Positions 11,876 through 25,655 of a DNA stretch of 64,000 nt are shown piece after piece. The first letter of the stretch is position 1. Each line of letters begins with the position of its first letter. The stretch lies in contig MU004188.1 in assembly GCA_010093605.1 (NCBI GenBank), positions 1,243,673 through 1,307,672 of the forward strand. Direction: 5' to 3'. The translations under genes were made by a program, and so were the position numbers. Under the pieces are notes generated by a model. That model did no database searches. It was given only the letters and a program-made list of their open reading frames with translations, and was not told where the DNA came from. Origin of the DNA: Lophium mytilinum (lineage: Eukaryota).

Positions 11876-14457
11876 GGGCCGAAACATGTCTCGGGCAGTC
11901 ACGCACTTCCATGTCCCCAATTTCGGCAATCTTCCTATTTCCTATCCCATCTCTACGACTCGCTACATGCATTAATCGCCCTTGCATATCATTTATCTCC
12001 TCGCTACTCTGCGCTCTTGGCATCGTTTATTCTTGCATCTTTTCCCGCATCGAACTGTTTTCCATCAGAGATTACAGCAAAATACCACTGAGACGATTTC
12101 ACGAAGACGCATCATTCACATCCACACGTATATATAACAACACGCTTCACACCCCTCCTTCGGAAAGCCGGCAACCCCTATTTACCATCTCATCATCTTG
12201 TGCCCAATCAATTTTCACAGTCTAGCTAGCGGCATTTTGGTTGCGATTTCATCCGCTTCTTTCTCCGGTTGATACCTTATACATACTACACCTGCAGTAT
12301 ATCCCGATACATCTTTACTGATACCCTTCGATGTCGGTCTCTGCTTCCACGGCTGCTGCACTAGGGTAGGTGGGGGCTTGGGAAGCCTTTGTTCATTTCT
12401 CGTCATCTTCATTTTCGGTTCGGTTCGTCCGCAGTCATTTCGTGAACATTTAGCAAGCGTTGGATTTGGGTTTTTATTGGCATTTTTTTGGTTGGACGGG
12501 AAGGGTTCTGGAATACCTCTATTTTCTTTTCTGGTGGGGAGGGTGGGAATGAGGGATGAGAATGAATGAGGAATGAGTGCGAAGGAACTGATTTTGGCGA
12601 CGGCGGTTTGGTGCGTGCTTGGAAAACTTCATTTCTTTGGCTGTTAAGGGGGGACGGGACGGGCTACGTAGTGGTGGCAAGGGGACGATTATTTCTCTTG
12701 AAATGTACATTCTTGACTGAGGAAGTTGTTTTATCGCATATCTGTTCTCTCATCTCCGTCTCTTTCGAGTCTTCGCGCGTTTCGCTTCGCATCCGTCCTT
12801 TATCATCTTTGATTGGTTACATTAGCGTGCTTGACTTGCGTCCGTTTGTTTGTTCCTTACTACTACAGATGGCAGACACAGACATGGTTACAAGCTGGAT
12901 GAGGTTAATCCAGTGGAAGATAAGAGGAGGGATTCGGGGGAATTTGGACCCTGGGGCTTTAGACAGGATACGCCTCGCGGCAACCTAGAACCGGTTTCTT
13001 TCGAATGTTCTGGTTTGGATGAAGGGAGGATTGATGTGGTTCTATTCATATGTTGCGGAAAGTGAGAAGGGTGTGGTTGAACGAGGATGACTTAATTCAC
13101 GATTTTTTCTCCGTGTGACGTGCAAGACGCTCCCATCGTGAACGTGAATGACTATGTGGGAATGAGTGATGTTGCAAGTGAGCATTTCGCAAGCCTGCAA
13201 TTCACTGAATCTAACCTATGGCGTGCCTGCAGGTAAGCCTTAGCTTGCTCGAAGAGTGCAGATGCTGAGCACGTGAATATATACCTGCAGCTCCAGATTC
13301 CCCAATACAGCAATTCTTGGCCATTATTGAGGAAAGTGATGAGTCCAGCGTGCATTGCCCTGTACCACCGCACCTGTGACACAGCTAACACTCGGTGCCC
13401 TTGCTCGATCCCCCGCAGATAAGTGTGGCTGATATTGTGGCGTGCATGACGCAAATGTGGTTTCAAAAGAGGACTTTGTGGAATCTTGTCTTCGCTCCTT
13501 ACCTATCATGGTAAGTCTTGGCGTGTTGGAAAAGTGTGGAGTGCCTATGGAACGTAAATGATCACGTATGGACTGGGCCCCGCTCAACTTAGGTACTCTT
13601 GCACTAGTACTCTCGACCTCAATACGCAACAATAAATCGCCACCTCTTCACATGGGTCCTATTCAGTGCATCAGTCCACATATTGTAATGAGACCAGTTC
13701 AATCTCGCTCTCCTCAGCCCTGCCTGCTGGCGGAGTCTCAGGAGTTCCTCCTTCTGACAACCCTTGTCCATCTGATATCGTCTCAGACACTGTCTTAGCA
13801 ACCTGCATATTACTACACTCGTGTATATAACTCGATCTTCATCTTATGCGTTCACTTCATGTTCATACAAGTCCATCACCTGCTGCGTGCATTGCACAAC
13901 CCCCGACCTCGTCTGCAGAATTTGGGGTCAAAAGGAAGTGTTTCAGCTCGGCCAGGATCTACCACAGAAGCTTGTATTATTGGACAGATCAACTATCTTG
14001 AAACTGAGTGTAAGCGCCGCTTTCCATTTGAATTTTACAATATACTGCAGGCTGAACGTATCTTACGCCGCCCGTCAAGGGGCCAAGTTTACCCCCGGCT
14101 CCCAGGGTCGGATGCTCAGCCTCGCCGCATTGCTGCATTGTTGCCTTCTGCAGGATCTCTTTGCCCCTCTTCACATCGCTTCAATCTAAGTGCCCGCTTC
14201 ATTAATTTACATTACACATCTGTCATCCAGTTTTATGCCATAAGTCTAGACATACGGATTTCTCATTGGGCGGCTCGAACTTTGCTCACTCGACACCACT
14301 ATGAGGATAGCCTAGCCTCGGAGTAGCCATTACGTCAAGAGAGACTTTACTCTGCACTGTTTGAATCTTGCCATTGCGTCTGGACTTTCTGGATCTCGTA
14401 AATATACCCTCAAGCAGTAGCGCAAGAGTGTTCACATAAGATATCCTCAGCCTCAAC

Positions 14458-15879
14458 ATGCATACTTTTCAGCCTAACTGCACCCTACCTCCCGCCCACA
14501 CCGGCTTCGTCAAGGGCCCCAATGTGCGTAGTTCTCTCGAGATCGTGTGGAGCTGTTTATCATTGCTCTTTCTCTGCACATGGTCTATACAGCACCTCAA
14601 CGTACCGGCCCAAGCGAGGCCCTCTCTCAAACGTCAAGCCTACTTCTTTCAGCGCAAAATCGCCGGAATGCTCTTCACTTTATTTGCCCCGGAGCTTGTT
14701 CTCGGAGTAGCGCTCAACGAGCTCGCCTCGGCGTGGTCTTGCACGAAATATCTGAAAGAATTCGCAGAAGAGGACGACGTGGAGTGGACGCTAACGCATT
14801 CGTTTTTTGCTAATATGGGAGGTTTTGCTATTCGATTTCCTGTCCAGGAGGGTCCGCTTCCGGATGTTCCAAAGACCGGCAGCAGCGCACAGTTCTTGAA
14901 AGATTTAGACGTGTACTGTGAAAAAAACGAAGAAAGCCGTGGTCCGCTTAGTCCCACATATTGGCGACGACAAATTCCGCACATGCATGCCATCCAAGGT
15001 GCAGCGAATTGCTCCAGAGAAACCCCGGACGATACGTACAACCATTACGCACTCGCTGGAAACATCTGGGTACTCAACGCGCCCCAACTCGTGGAAGCCC
15101 GAAACTCTGGCATTCTGAAAAGTCTTCCCGCAGCTACTGAAGACGAAATCGCAGACAAGAACAAAGGCGACGCGATGGTGAAGCTCATCGCTCTCGTACA
15201 AGTTAGCTGGCTTATCGTCGAGCTCATCGAGCGAAAGATCCACTCCAAGCCCCCAGCCCAACTAGAAATCATGGTACTGGCTTACTGCGCTACTTCTCTG
15301 GTCACCTACCTGCTACTCTTCCGCAAGCCTCAAGACGCCAGGACGCCTGTATACACAAGTGATGTTCGTCAAGAACCTCCAACGACCGACGAGATTGTCA
15401 AGATCGCTGAAGCGGGACCGCGGTATGTTATGTCGAACAGCGGCCGGCCTGGCTTCGTGATCCCAAGCTTCAGCATCCATTCTGTCCTCGGGCCAAAGTT
15501 TGACTTCCAAAACACGTCCCGTGAAACGCCCTTCGTTGCTGGCATAGCACTCGGATCCGTCTTGTTTGGATGCCTGCACCTCATCGCTTGGGATTTAACG
15601 TTTCCCCACGAGGGAGAACGAATTGTCTGGATTACGTCTGCGGCATTCACGACTGCCTTGCCGTTCGTGCCTATGATCCTTCCGGTTATCAATTGGGCGT
15701 TTTCTCGGGATATGCAAATTGAGAGCCGCATCTCAGCAAAGATCTTAGGGGGTTTCTTGGGGTTGGCTTATATGTTCGCGAGGCTCTATTTGCTAGTTGA
15801 GGCGTTTCGGACGCTGGCTTTCCTAAGCCCGGGGGTCTATTCTGCGACGTGGACTTCGGATGTCCCGCATATTGGTTGA
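14458..15879 (+). CDS. Uncharacterised fungal multi-pass membrane protein
   Basis: 473-aa intronless ORF with several hydrophobic helices and motifs typical of a widespread fungal family of unknown function (PNxR...IVWSCL..LFLCTW...HLNVP; WTLTHSFFANMGGF; EIxDKxKGD...K...Q..W; FGxxHxxAW; ARLYLLVExF). Confidence 0.85.
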   Translation: MHTFQPNCTLPPAHTGFVKGPNVRSSLEIVWSCLSLLFLCTWSIQHLNVPAQARPSLKRQAYFFQRKIAGMLFTLFAPELVLGVALNELASAWSCTKYLKEFAEEDDVEWTLTHSFFANMGGFAIRFPVQEGPLPDVPKTGSSAQFLKDLDVYCEKNEESRGPLSPTYWRRQIPHMHAIQGAANCSRETPDDTYNHYALAGNIWVLNAPQLVEARNSGILKSLPAATEDEIADKNKGDAMVKLIALVQVSWLIVELIERKIHSKPPAQLEIMVLAYCATSLVTYLLLFRKPQDARTPVYTSDVRQEPPTTDEIVKIAEAGPRYVMSNSGRPGFVIPSFSIHSVLGPKFDFQNTSRETPFVAGIALGSVLFGCLHLIAWDLTFPHEGERIVWITSAAFTTALPFVPMILPVINWAFSRDMQIESRISAKILGGFLGLAYMFARLYLLVEAFRTLAFLSPGVYSATWTSDVPHIG

Positions 15880-16596
15880 TACAACCGGGGCTGGGCATGT
15901 GGAGGGGTGAGTATGTACACGTGTAGGACACTGCGTCCACGTGCTTCTATGCATCTCCAAAGCTTTGAGGGCGATGGAATCTCTTCCCTTTAGGCTCAAC
16001 TTCTACCGAGGAATACGCCGCGTCATCCTCTACCACCGAGGTTGCCTATGCGACCTCAAGTCTGGGGCCTAGTTCGAGCAGTGCCGGGCGCTTCGAATCA
16101 AACAGCGGCTACACATGTTACGGCCTTGGACCGGACAGCTCCCAGGGAAGAAACTAGAACACAGGGCTTCATCACGTTAAGACGACAGAGAGGCCTGGCT
16201 AAACAAGAAAGATACCGTAGCTTATAAGGCGGGGTTTCATCTGGGGGTGTTTGGACTCATACGACCAGCACAGGACGTAAAGAGGAAGTTGAGATACAGC
16301 TGTGTGTATGCATACCCACTATTTGTGATGCGCATGCTAGACAACCCTTCCACTTATTGAATCAGAGCCCCGCATCTGCGGACAGCAGAACCATGCCATC
16401 AAGCACTCTCACCCGGTACAATTACAAGCCTACCTCCATCCGTCCAGAAATACACTGCTTTTGCTGTCCGGCTTCCTAGCAATCCTACGATAGGAAGCCA
16501 AGCCGCGCTATACACCATGCACCATGCAAACCCCGTTCCAGCAGCCCAATGAAACGCAAAAACGCCAGCTTGTGCGCACGACGGGGTATTCTATTC

Positions 16597-19500
16597 CTAC
16601 ATATCGGTAATCATCCTCTGCTCTTCCTGCCGCTCGTTCACGATGCCGAGCAAGCGTGCATACGGCACTGTGATGCGCTGGAGGTCGCGGTGTTTGCCTA
16701 TTTCATTCATTAGCATCTACACGTGTAATATCAACATAGCAAGCATGTCTTACCAAGAATGAGCACAACCTCCCTCAGCAGCTCTTCCCGCTTCCACCCA
16801 CACACCAACTCTTCTGTCTCCTTCTCCTTCTCTTTCTCATCAGCCCCATTCTCTTCATCCCCATCGTGCTCCTCGCTTAGGAAATCGCCGAGCAGACTGC
16901 GGAGGAGTTCCTCGACTTTGCCTTTGAGCCCTTCAGCGCCTAGCCGCTTTGCGTACATGAATAGATAGATCCTGAACTCCTCGCGCGCGCCGAGTGCAAC
17001 AGCCGCTGCGACACGATTCTCGAGATGAGCAACGGAGACGTTAGCCTCGAAGCCCTCGAAGCCTTCCGCTGAGATGAGTGCTTTGATGAGGCGTTGCAGG
17101 TAGTACGCGCGGCCTTGCACGAGGGTGTGGTTAGTCGTGTTGCGCTCAAGCAGCGGGATGATGCCCGCGGAGATATTCTCGGGCGACACAGCGTCGTTCT
17201 GCTCCGTCGTCTTGGCCTGGTCGCTCGAGGACTTGAGATTGCCAACGGAAGAGTCGGTCGTGTTCCAGTACTGGCTACCGACGGCCCACCAAGGCTCCGA
17301 AATGCGCTGCCAGGTATACATGGTGGGAGAGTACGTGTAGCCGTCGCCGTTGGACATGGCTAGGACAATGCGGCCCTCGGTGTTGAGGCGGGCGAAGATG
17401 ATTCCGGGAGAGCGCGTGAGATGGGGTCCTTGGGCGTGCGATGCTATGTCCAGTACCGGGGCGAGTGAGACGGGGGGATGGGGGGAGGCCATTGTTTTGA
17501 GGTTCCAGACGTGGCACATGCCGACCGCTGATATGCACAGCAGCCACCAGCCTCTGCAGTCCATGATGACGGGTTGTGCTTCTAGGATGAGAGGGTTGAG
17601 AATCCGACGGCCAGCCGGTGTCCAAATGTACACCGAGCCATCCTCACATGCTGCTGCCCAGAAATTGGTATTGCCTGTGACGAGAAGTACGGCTTTGGGT
17701 AGATAGTCTTGCCAAAGTGATTGGCCACGTTTCGTACAATTGATCCTTGTAGGATCGTTGTCTTGAGGCCGTTGGGTCCTTGACGGTCCCGACGCATTGC
17801 GAGCCTCCATTATAACAGCATCTTCGTTTGCAGCCTCACTTCGGCCGCCAGTGGTAGCATCGATACCGTTCGCATGAGGGGGTTCACTGCCATCCATCGT
17901 CCGTACAATCACACTTCTGACCTTGGGTACAGCAAGTCTGACTTGGCTCACGCTCAAGGCAGGGCTGAGAATCGCAGGCCGCAGGTATTTCGGTGGCTCG
18001 TTGTCGATAGTCCTCGAAGCCGCGGCTGGTGGGACCAGCCCTTCTGCACTGTTGAGGACAATTGCAGCGCCGCCATTTTTCGCGGCACCAGCTAGACGCC
18101 TTTCCACTTGCCGGTCCTCGTCGCCCTCGATGTCGGCAAATTTTCTTTTATTGCCGATGAGTAGCGAAGCCAAGCCTCCTTTGGGGAATCCATCGAAAGG
18201 CTTCGAGAGGTCGAGAATGTTGTGTGGATTGTCACTTCGGGCGCCTGATGTGGTAGCCGAAATCATCTGTGTCTGTGGCAAAGATGATTCAGCAAGTCCG
18301 GAGGATGACGAGACGAGCATTGGCGCAATACGCTTCTTTCCATCCTTGGTCACTGTGACTCTTTGCTTCAGTTTGTCGACTCTGTTGTCCTTGGGTGGTT
18401 CTGTTGCCGCGGCGGGTGCGGATCCGTTTGTCAAGGCAGGAGTCGAGCCGTTCGTGCCATTGGTAATTGTGGGTGCTTGTGTTGAGCTGTCCCCCATCAA
18501 GGCCCCCATTCTTCCCTGAACGCCCTTCAACTCTCCGGCCTTGCTGCTTTCTTCCAGTAAAAGGGCATCAGTGCCTTCAACAACGCCAGCTCTTCTGCCC
18601 GCACCAAACTTCGATAGCGACCTGTCGTTCTCTTCCATCGATGCCGGATATCCTAACTCCCCACGTTCAAATACTACAGCCATAATACTCCCGTCGAGAC
18701 TCGTGACAAAAAGTGTTTCTCCGTTCGGATGCCAGGCTAGATCCGATATAGATTTCATCGCCAACTCTTGTGTAACCGTAAAAGGCCGTGCGAAGCTCGT
18801 ATTCCAGATACTCAGCGTCTTGTCCTGGCCAGCGCATGCTACCACGGTAACTGAAGGTAGCGTTGGGTTTCCGTTGCTATCAAGGTGTTCCTGTGACAGA
18901 GGCTCCCGATAGAACATCCTCGGAGAGAACGCGCATACTTCCACTGGACCCTCGTGTCCGATCAGGTTTATATCGCTGTCCCAGGATCCTCGCGCAATGA
19001 TCGCAACAGAGCTGACCGGACCATTCACGGCATTCGAAGCGGCGATATGGTTCCCATCTGGCGACCATGATAACCGTCGAAAGTACGTTGTAAGTGGCGA
19101 CGCGATGAATGGGCCTGAGATTGTGTGTTCGAGCATGAAATTGTTGACTTGATCCTGAGCCGTGGCATTGGGAGGGGGCGAGGTGAACCGGAAGACTTTG
19201 ATAGTTCGATCATCGCTAGCTGTAGCAAAGTACTTGTTCGCGGGATCGAAGCTGATGCCCTTGACGTGGCTCTGGTGGTTTGACAGCGTCTTTAACTTCT
19301 CGAAAGTATGCCCCGACCAGACCACTACCTTCGAGTCCAAGCCAACGGACACCAGTATTGACGAATCGTAAGACCAGCCCAGATCCTGCACGTCGTTGTC
19401 ATGGCCAATCAGGCGGCGCATCACCCTCCAGTTTTCCACGGTGGGAGGCTCGTTGGACCCTGTTAAAGAATCAGCAATTATCCCAAACTCAGAGCAGCGT

Positions 19501-19987
19501 CGCGAACCGAAAGTAGATGTATGTGTCGGTGGATTCGGGTCCAAGACATAGACACATACGATCTTGTCGTCTGCACCCGAAGCTAAGTATTTATTGTTTC
19601 CCGAGAACCGGACGGTATGAATGGTGCCCGAGTGGTGGCTAACGGCGGCGAGTTGCTTGGGCTTTGAGTAATCTGGGTCCATAGAATTGAAAATAGAATC
19701 GGTTGACCATATTCGAACGTGTCCATCTGCCAATCTCAATCAGCTTCATCTTCACAGGCTCGCGCATTGGTATTTAAGAAGTGTCGCGGTGCGGACTGAC
19801 CTCCGGCGGCGGTGACCAGGCGGCTTCCATCTGGAGAGACATGGCAGCTGTATACTTCGAAGTCTTTGAGTTCACCTGGCGGAAAGCGATTGTTAGCATA
19901 TGAAGCAGATTTTACTGAGGGTTGTTGCGATGCGCGCGCGGGAGAGCTACCTGGATGGGTCAACCATAGCGGCTTGACGAGATGCAT
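16597..19987 (-). CDS. HIR1: Histone chaperone/transcriptional corepressor HIRA
   Basis: N-terminus MHLVKPLWLTHPG...EVYSCHVSPDGSRLVTAAG; WD40 propeller (HDNDVQDLGWS, HQSHVKGISFDPANKYFATASDDRTIK); B-domain motif QRVTVTKDGKKRIAP; C-terminal Hira domain (HLENRVAAA); last exon ends with stop at 16597. Multi-exon. Confidence 0.96.
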
Positions 19988-20499
19988 GGTCGTGGAATAG
20001 GAGTGCGCAGCTCCTGCATGCTCAGCCGGCGGCGCACAGAGAAGATGAAGTCGATCGGAGCGATGGCGCTCTTGGTGGTGGGTGAAGTGTCGTGACAGCA
20101 ATGCGATTTGAAGCTCGTTACAGGTTAGCCGCGACGCGTTTGGCTCGGCTTGGCACGAGCGACGAAAGTGGAAGACTAGTATAATTTGAGCATGACTCGG
20201 TGAATTTCCAGTAACGGAGATGTTAGATACATTGAACCCTAATTTGTATGAAAGGGTGTCGAGCCACTTCAGACAGCGATAGACGACCGTACACAGGTCT
20301 CACGCGGGGGATTATAGATCACGTACACCCGACATAATCATTCAAGAGGAACAAAGAGGCCAGCCATGTGCCTCGTTGACATTTTCTATAGTCATATTTG
20401 ATATCAGGCTCAAACTTAGAGTCCTATCAATGAGAACGCCAACCAACTCCAATTCAACTCCAATCTCGGGGAGATATACCCCTGACCTTCATCAAATCT

Positions 20500-22775
20500 T
20501 CAAGTGATCAGCTTCAACAGGATCCTGGCGCCAGCGTTACCCTTCACAGCACCCTCGTCCTGGTCTCCCTTCCGCTTCTTGTCTTTCGATTCCTCTTCCT
20601 TTTTCGTTCCCTTGTTCTTCTTGTCTTTCTTCTCACTCTCGCCTGCCTTGCCCGCGGCGCTCTCTAACTTCTTCTTGCGCTCTTCGAGGGCTGCCACTAC
20701 TTCATCCCTTTTCTCAAAGCCTTGAGCTTCGACCAGCCCTACAACCACGAAGCTGCCAGGGCCTGTCGCCCAGTCCATGAGATGATCCTGTATACTGTCC
20801 CACAACTTCTCTGCGAATCCCAGGCTCGGCTCAACGGGAATGACCTTTTTCTGCTTCGGATCATACTTCCCACTCAGCACCAATCCTTTAAGCATACGAC
20901 ATCCAGCAGCTGAATTTGAGATATGGGTCTCAACACTGGGATCACCAGCTGCGAGCTGCGCAACCGCGCCAAGAGCTAGTTCCTTGTCGCCTTCAGCGTC
21001 GAAAAGCACTTCTATCATGAATTGGCATCCGAAAGAGCTGGTGGCGAAGTCTGCTGCGCGTGCTGTGATCGCTCCGAGCAGGGGTGGAGATATGGACTTT
21101 GCGAGCTCTTGAAGGCGGGTCTCAGGATTCTTCTTGGAGGTTGTAGCACGAATAGCGTGAACTTCGTTCAATAGAGCGATTGTAGGCGACTTTGGGTCTG
21201 AGAACAACCATTTTGCGTCGGCTGCGAAGGGGTATAGAAGGACCGTCCTGGCATCCAAATGTGTAACAAGCTGAAAGATCTTCTCATTCACAGCGTCGGC
21301 GTCGTTTGACTTCGGGATCAACTCCCCAAAAATAGCAGTTGATGACAACTTAGTGTCATCGATGACAGAGAGGGCAGCTAGCAGGACACGGTGTGCGTTG
21401 CGGTCGAAGACAAGAGCCTCCATGTTTTCCCTGTATGCTCGGAGAAGATTCTTGCGGTCTTTGGCGTTGGAGTGGGCGAAGGCGAGACAGACTAGACGGG
21501 AGCCAGACTCTGTGAAGGCTAAGTTCCGAAGAAGATCGATCTCTGGGGGTTGGTCGGCTTCTTTATCCTTGGTCGCCTCTGGTTTCAGATGATCGAGAAA
21601 CTCTGAAGCTTCCGTGCTTCCAGGTTTGCAAGCAAGAAAATACTGTAGCATAGCATCGTGCAGCATCGTAAAGCCTGTCAACTTCTTCTGGACTAGCTGA
21701 TTGATCAACTGGTTCAAGTAATTGAGGATCGGCTGCCGCTTTTCTGGTGATTCGTCGAGAATCGTGGAAAGATCAGAGGTGACTTTCGCTCCGCTTTTCG
21801 ACTTGAAGATTGCAAATTCAGGGCCGTACCATTCTCTTAGCATGGTGGCTTTTTGTTCAGAAGTTGCCACGCTTCTGTAAGTGTCGTCCATAATCCAGGC
21901 AGCCTCGGGATGATTGATTAAGCGTCGAACATGTCCGTAGAACTCGGAGACGATCATCTCTTGGATTCCGGCGTCTCTGTAGATGTATTAGCATCTTGCA
22001 TAGCACAATTATCTGCGATAATTAAATGAACGTACCCTGTAACCAGCAATTTCGCAATCAAGAATTTGGCGTATTTGCTCTCCGCCAGCGCTCGGTATTC
22101 CCCCCGCAACTCCTCAGCAATCATCTTCTTCTGCTCCTTGTTTGCATACTTCAGCGCACACTGAACCACGCGCACAGAGTCATGCTTGAACACAAAATCC
22201 TTGACTCGCCCTGTCACAATGTCGAAAAGCTCAGCAACTAGCCTTTTCCTCTCCTCCAGGTCAACATGCGATTTCAGCCGTAGCCTTTCCCAGAGCTTCT
22301 TGGAACGAGCGATTTCGTCGGCATTAGGCTTCGCAGCTTTTCGCTCTTTCGAGAGAGCCTTTTGCTTCGCATGAGCTTCGCGGGAGGAGGAGGCTGGGAT
22401 CGCAACGTTAGCTCTAGATATACATTACAGAAAAGAACTTGACCTACAACTAAAGGCATCTTGTTGCGGCTTCATGGCCGCCTTCTTCTCGGTCTTGACC
22501 TTCTTAACAGCTTCTGCCCTCCTCCCGGCATCCTCCTCATCCTCGCTCTCCGCAGAGCTGTTGCTGTCGTCCTCTTTGGCCGAGAATCCAGAGAAGCCGT
22601 TCTCGACTTCGCTCGTGTCCGACTCCATTGATACATCTGACTCCACTACTGGCTTGGCCTTGCTCTTCGACTTTTTCGCAGACTTTTGCTCCGCAACCTT
22701 GACCTTCTTCACCTTGAATCCGTTCGCCGACTTGGTGCTCTCGCTGACCTGCTTGCGCTTGATTCCGGCAGCCAT
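20500..22775 (-). CDS. PUF6: Pumilio-homology RNA-binding protein Puf6 (Puf-A family)
   Basis: K/E-rich N-terminus MAAGIKRK; GRVKDFVFKHDSVRVVQCALKY; ESKYAKFLIAKLL; EFYGHVRRLINHPEAAWI; CPL-like C-terminus. Two introns. Confidence 0.93.
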
Positions 22776-22997
22776 TGTTGCTGTGTTCGTGGTATCGGGC
22801 GACTGAGGATGGCGGGGTTGGTGTTGCAAACGCGGTGAAGCTTCTCAAGGTTTTTATCCCATGCGGGCAGGAACTTTTATTCCACGCTAGCCGGGGATGA
22901 ATTGCGGGAGAGAGGCACGCTAGTCAGAAAACAAGTGGCACACTCCAGCAGTTCAACACCGTCTGAGGTGGCCCGGAGTGCTATTATGCTTGCCAAA

Positions 22998-23259
22998 GCT
23001 GCCATTTTATAATAATGATAATAGGATACTAGAGGACCTTAGACGGTACTATACCAGTCTTACATTTATAGAAAAATTAGGTAAGCCTAGTAGATTTATA
23101 GAATGTTGATTCCCGCTCCTACTCTATCTTACTATATAAGTTAGTGCATCTATTTACTACTGTATAGAGTGCCTGGGCAAGATTCTATAGAGCCTAAGAC
23201 TAAGGGTTTCTATCTTGTTTATAGTTAACATAATGTATTTAAGCACCATAAACGGCGGC
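22998..23259. mobile_element. Short AT/TpA-rich, probably RIP-mutated repeat relic between PUF6 and TIM54
   Basis: Abrupt ~260-bp TA-rich patch within GC-balanced DNA. Ends gctgccattttataat and accataaacggcggc form a possible imperfect TIR differing mainly by transitions. Confidence 0.4.
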
Positions 23260-23381
23260 AGACAGGTGTAAAGGTAGAATGCTTGCTAGGTGTGCCACTT
23301 TTTTCATGCCCCACGTGAGAGACAGGCCTCACTCAAAATTTTGGACATCCAACACCACAACCCCATCGCGACCTCCCCCAG

Positions 23382-24897
23382 ATGGCCGACAAAATTGCCG
23401 CCGCCGCGCAGGCCCAACCTGCAGGCGCTGCAGGCGCTGCGCCTTCAAAGCCCCCGCGGCCGCCGAATCCCTTCTTCAAAATGATGGGTATAGCACACTG
23501 CCTTCACACTGCAGACACCGCGCTCACTCGAAATAGGGCTCCCCACTATCCGCATGAAACTCCCCTCTAGGAACTGGATGATATTCCTCAGCATCACAGG
23601 CTCGTGGACCGCCGCCCTATTGTACGACCGCAGCCAGAAGAAGCGCATCCAGAGGAAGTGGACGAAGCTGGTCGAGCACATTGCCCAGGAATCTATGGAC
23701 GCCTCTTCCCTCCCCCGGAAACTTACCGTCTTTATCTCTGCGCCGCCGGCTGATGGGTTGATGACTGCGCGCGATCATTTCCAGGAGTATGTGAAACCGA
23801 TATTGGTGGCCGGAGCCGTGGATTGGGATGCGGTCGAGGGGAGGATGCAAGGCGATGTCAGGGCTGGATTGGCGGAGAAAATAAGGAGGCTAAGGAAGAG
23901 GAGGGGAGAGGCGTCAATAGAGCCGCTGGAAGATGATCTCGAGGAGGTGCTGGAGCAAACGCGGAAGAGGTCTGGGGTGAAGCCATACGACGGACCCGCT
24001 GGTGATATAGTAATTGGCCGCAATACGTGGAAAGAGTATATCAGGGGACTACACGAGGGGTGGCTAGGGCCTTTAGATCCGCCAACTACTCCACTGGAAG
24101 ATGTCCGAGAAGCTGCTGAGATTGTGGAGAGCTCTACCAGCCGTCCGAAAGTACCTCTAGCTCCTGAAGTAGCTGCTGAAGGCGCTCCAACTCCCGAACA
24201 GCCCTCCCCCTCGGAATTTGTGGCAGAAACGCCGTCCACGCCGACAGACGATGCCTCACCAACCGCTCCCATACCGGCTACGACACCAGAACCCGAAAAG
24301 CCAGCAGAAGAGAAGCCAGAGGAAAAGAAACCGACTAAGAAAAAGCAACCACCCCCATTCAACACCACCGCCGACTACCCATCCGCCGTCCCATCTCCAA
24401 TCTGCCCATCAGAACTCCCGCCCACAACTACAATACAATTTCCGCATCTTCTCGGCATCCGACACACCCCCGTCCGCATGTACCGCTTCCTTACCCGCCG
24501 ATACCTAGCCGACGATGTTGGCCGGCAGACCGCAGCCGCCGTTCTCGCTGCATACCGACCATTCGAAGCGCCTGGAGAGTCACATCATCTAACCGAGGGC
24601 AGCACAGCGTCGAATGAGAGTGAGGATTCTGGGAGTTCGCAATGGGAACAGCAGGGAGTACTGAAGCACGAGGAGAAACAGTGGCACAAGTCTGTGCACG
24701 AACCCAGCGAGGAGGGGAAAGAGAGAGTGTGGATGAACGACATGGTGCTAGATACCCGGATCGCGGAGCGTATGCGAAAGTTTGAGCTCGACATGGAGCA
24801 GGAGGAAAGAGCCAAGAGGATTGCGGCTGAGAAAGTAGAGCCGTGGTGGAAAAGCACGTGGGCTAAGATGAGGGCGAAGGATGAGGATCTGGATTGA
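23382..24897 (+). CDS. TIM54: Mitochondrial inner membrane translocase subunit Tim54
   Basis: PNPFFKMMG|LP...KLPSRNWMIF, PRKLTVFISAPPADGL, FQEYVKPILVAGAVDWD, IGRNTWKEYIRGLHEGWLGPL; one intron near 23488-23537. Confidence 0.95.
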
Positions 24898-25655
24898 AAT
24901 ACCAGGGCGTCGCATCTTCCGATTTTGCGTATCTAGGGTGTAGGATATGGTCTGTAATATATTGGCCCTAGGGACTGGGTCGGACGTGCTGGTTAGGCAC
25001 GGTTGTATTATAGTGCTAGACAAGAGTCGAATAACATTGCTCTAACGCCACCTGGAGTGTTCTCGAAAATGGAACTTCGTCTGATTCTTGTTTCCGAGGT
25101 TCGCCGCTGCTTAAGGCACCCCCAAGGATTTTGAAGATTCTAAGGCGATGTCGAGTTTCAGGCAGTGTAGATTGAACGGTCTTTTGACTAAGAACCTCTT
25201 TAGCAGCCAGGCCCCCCCTACAGTGGTGTTGGCTTGACAAGACTAAGAATATGCGACATCAAATGTAATAGTCGACGCAATGAGAATCAGACTACCTCTT
25301 GAGACGGTGGTCACCGACTAGCGGGGCCACCTTACAGTGCCCAGTGTCAAGTGAACAACGTTGAAGCTAAGCAGTGACAGATCTGTGTGCCTAAATACAT
25401 GGCTCAGTACTGTAGCCGTCCACCTGAGTGACGCTGCTGAGGCGGCGAATGCACTTTAATATACGTACACTATGCTGACACTGTCTGGAGTGGCCTCGTA
25501 AGTTGCCAGTCGTCCAAAATGCCAGATTTCTCTCTTACTCGGAACGCTGATAATACTACAAGGCTCTTCAAGCAGCGGCAAACGATTGTACAAACCTGAT
25601 TTCCATGACTAGGCATTGTACTTAAGCACTCATCCAGTGCTATAACCTCCCCATC

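Noticed and set aside
20134..20139. MCB element ACGCGT upstream of HIR1
   Set aside because: A single hexamer; plausible but not distinguishable from chance without conservation data.
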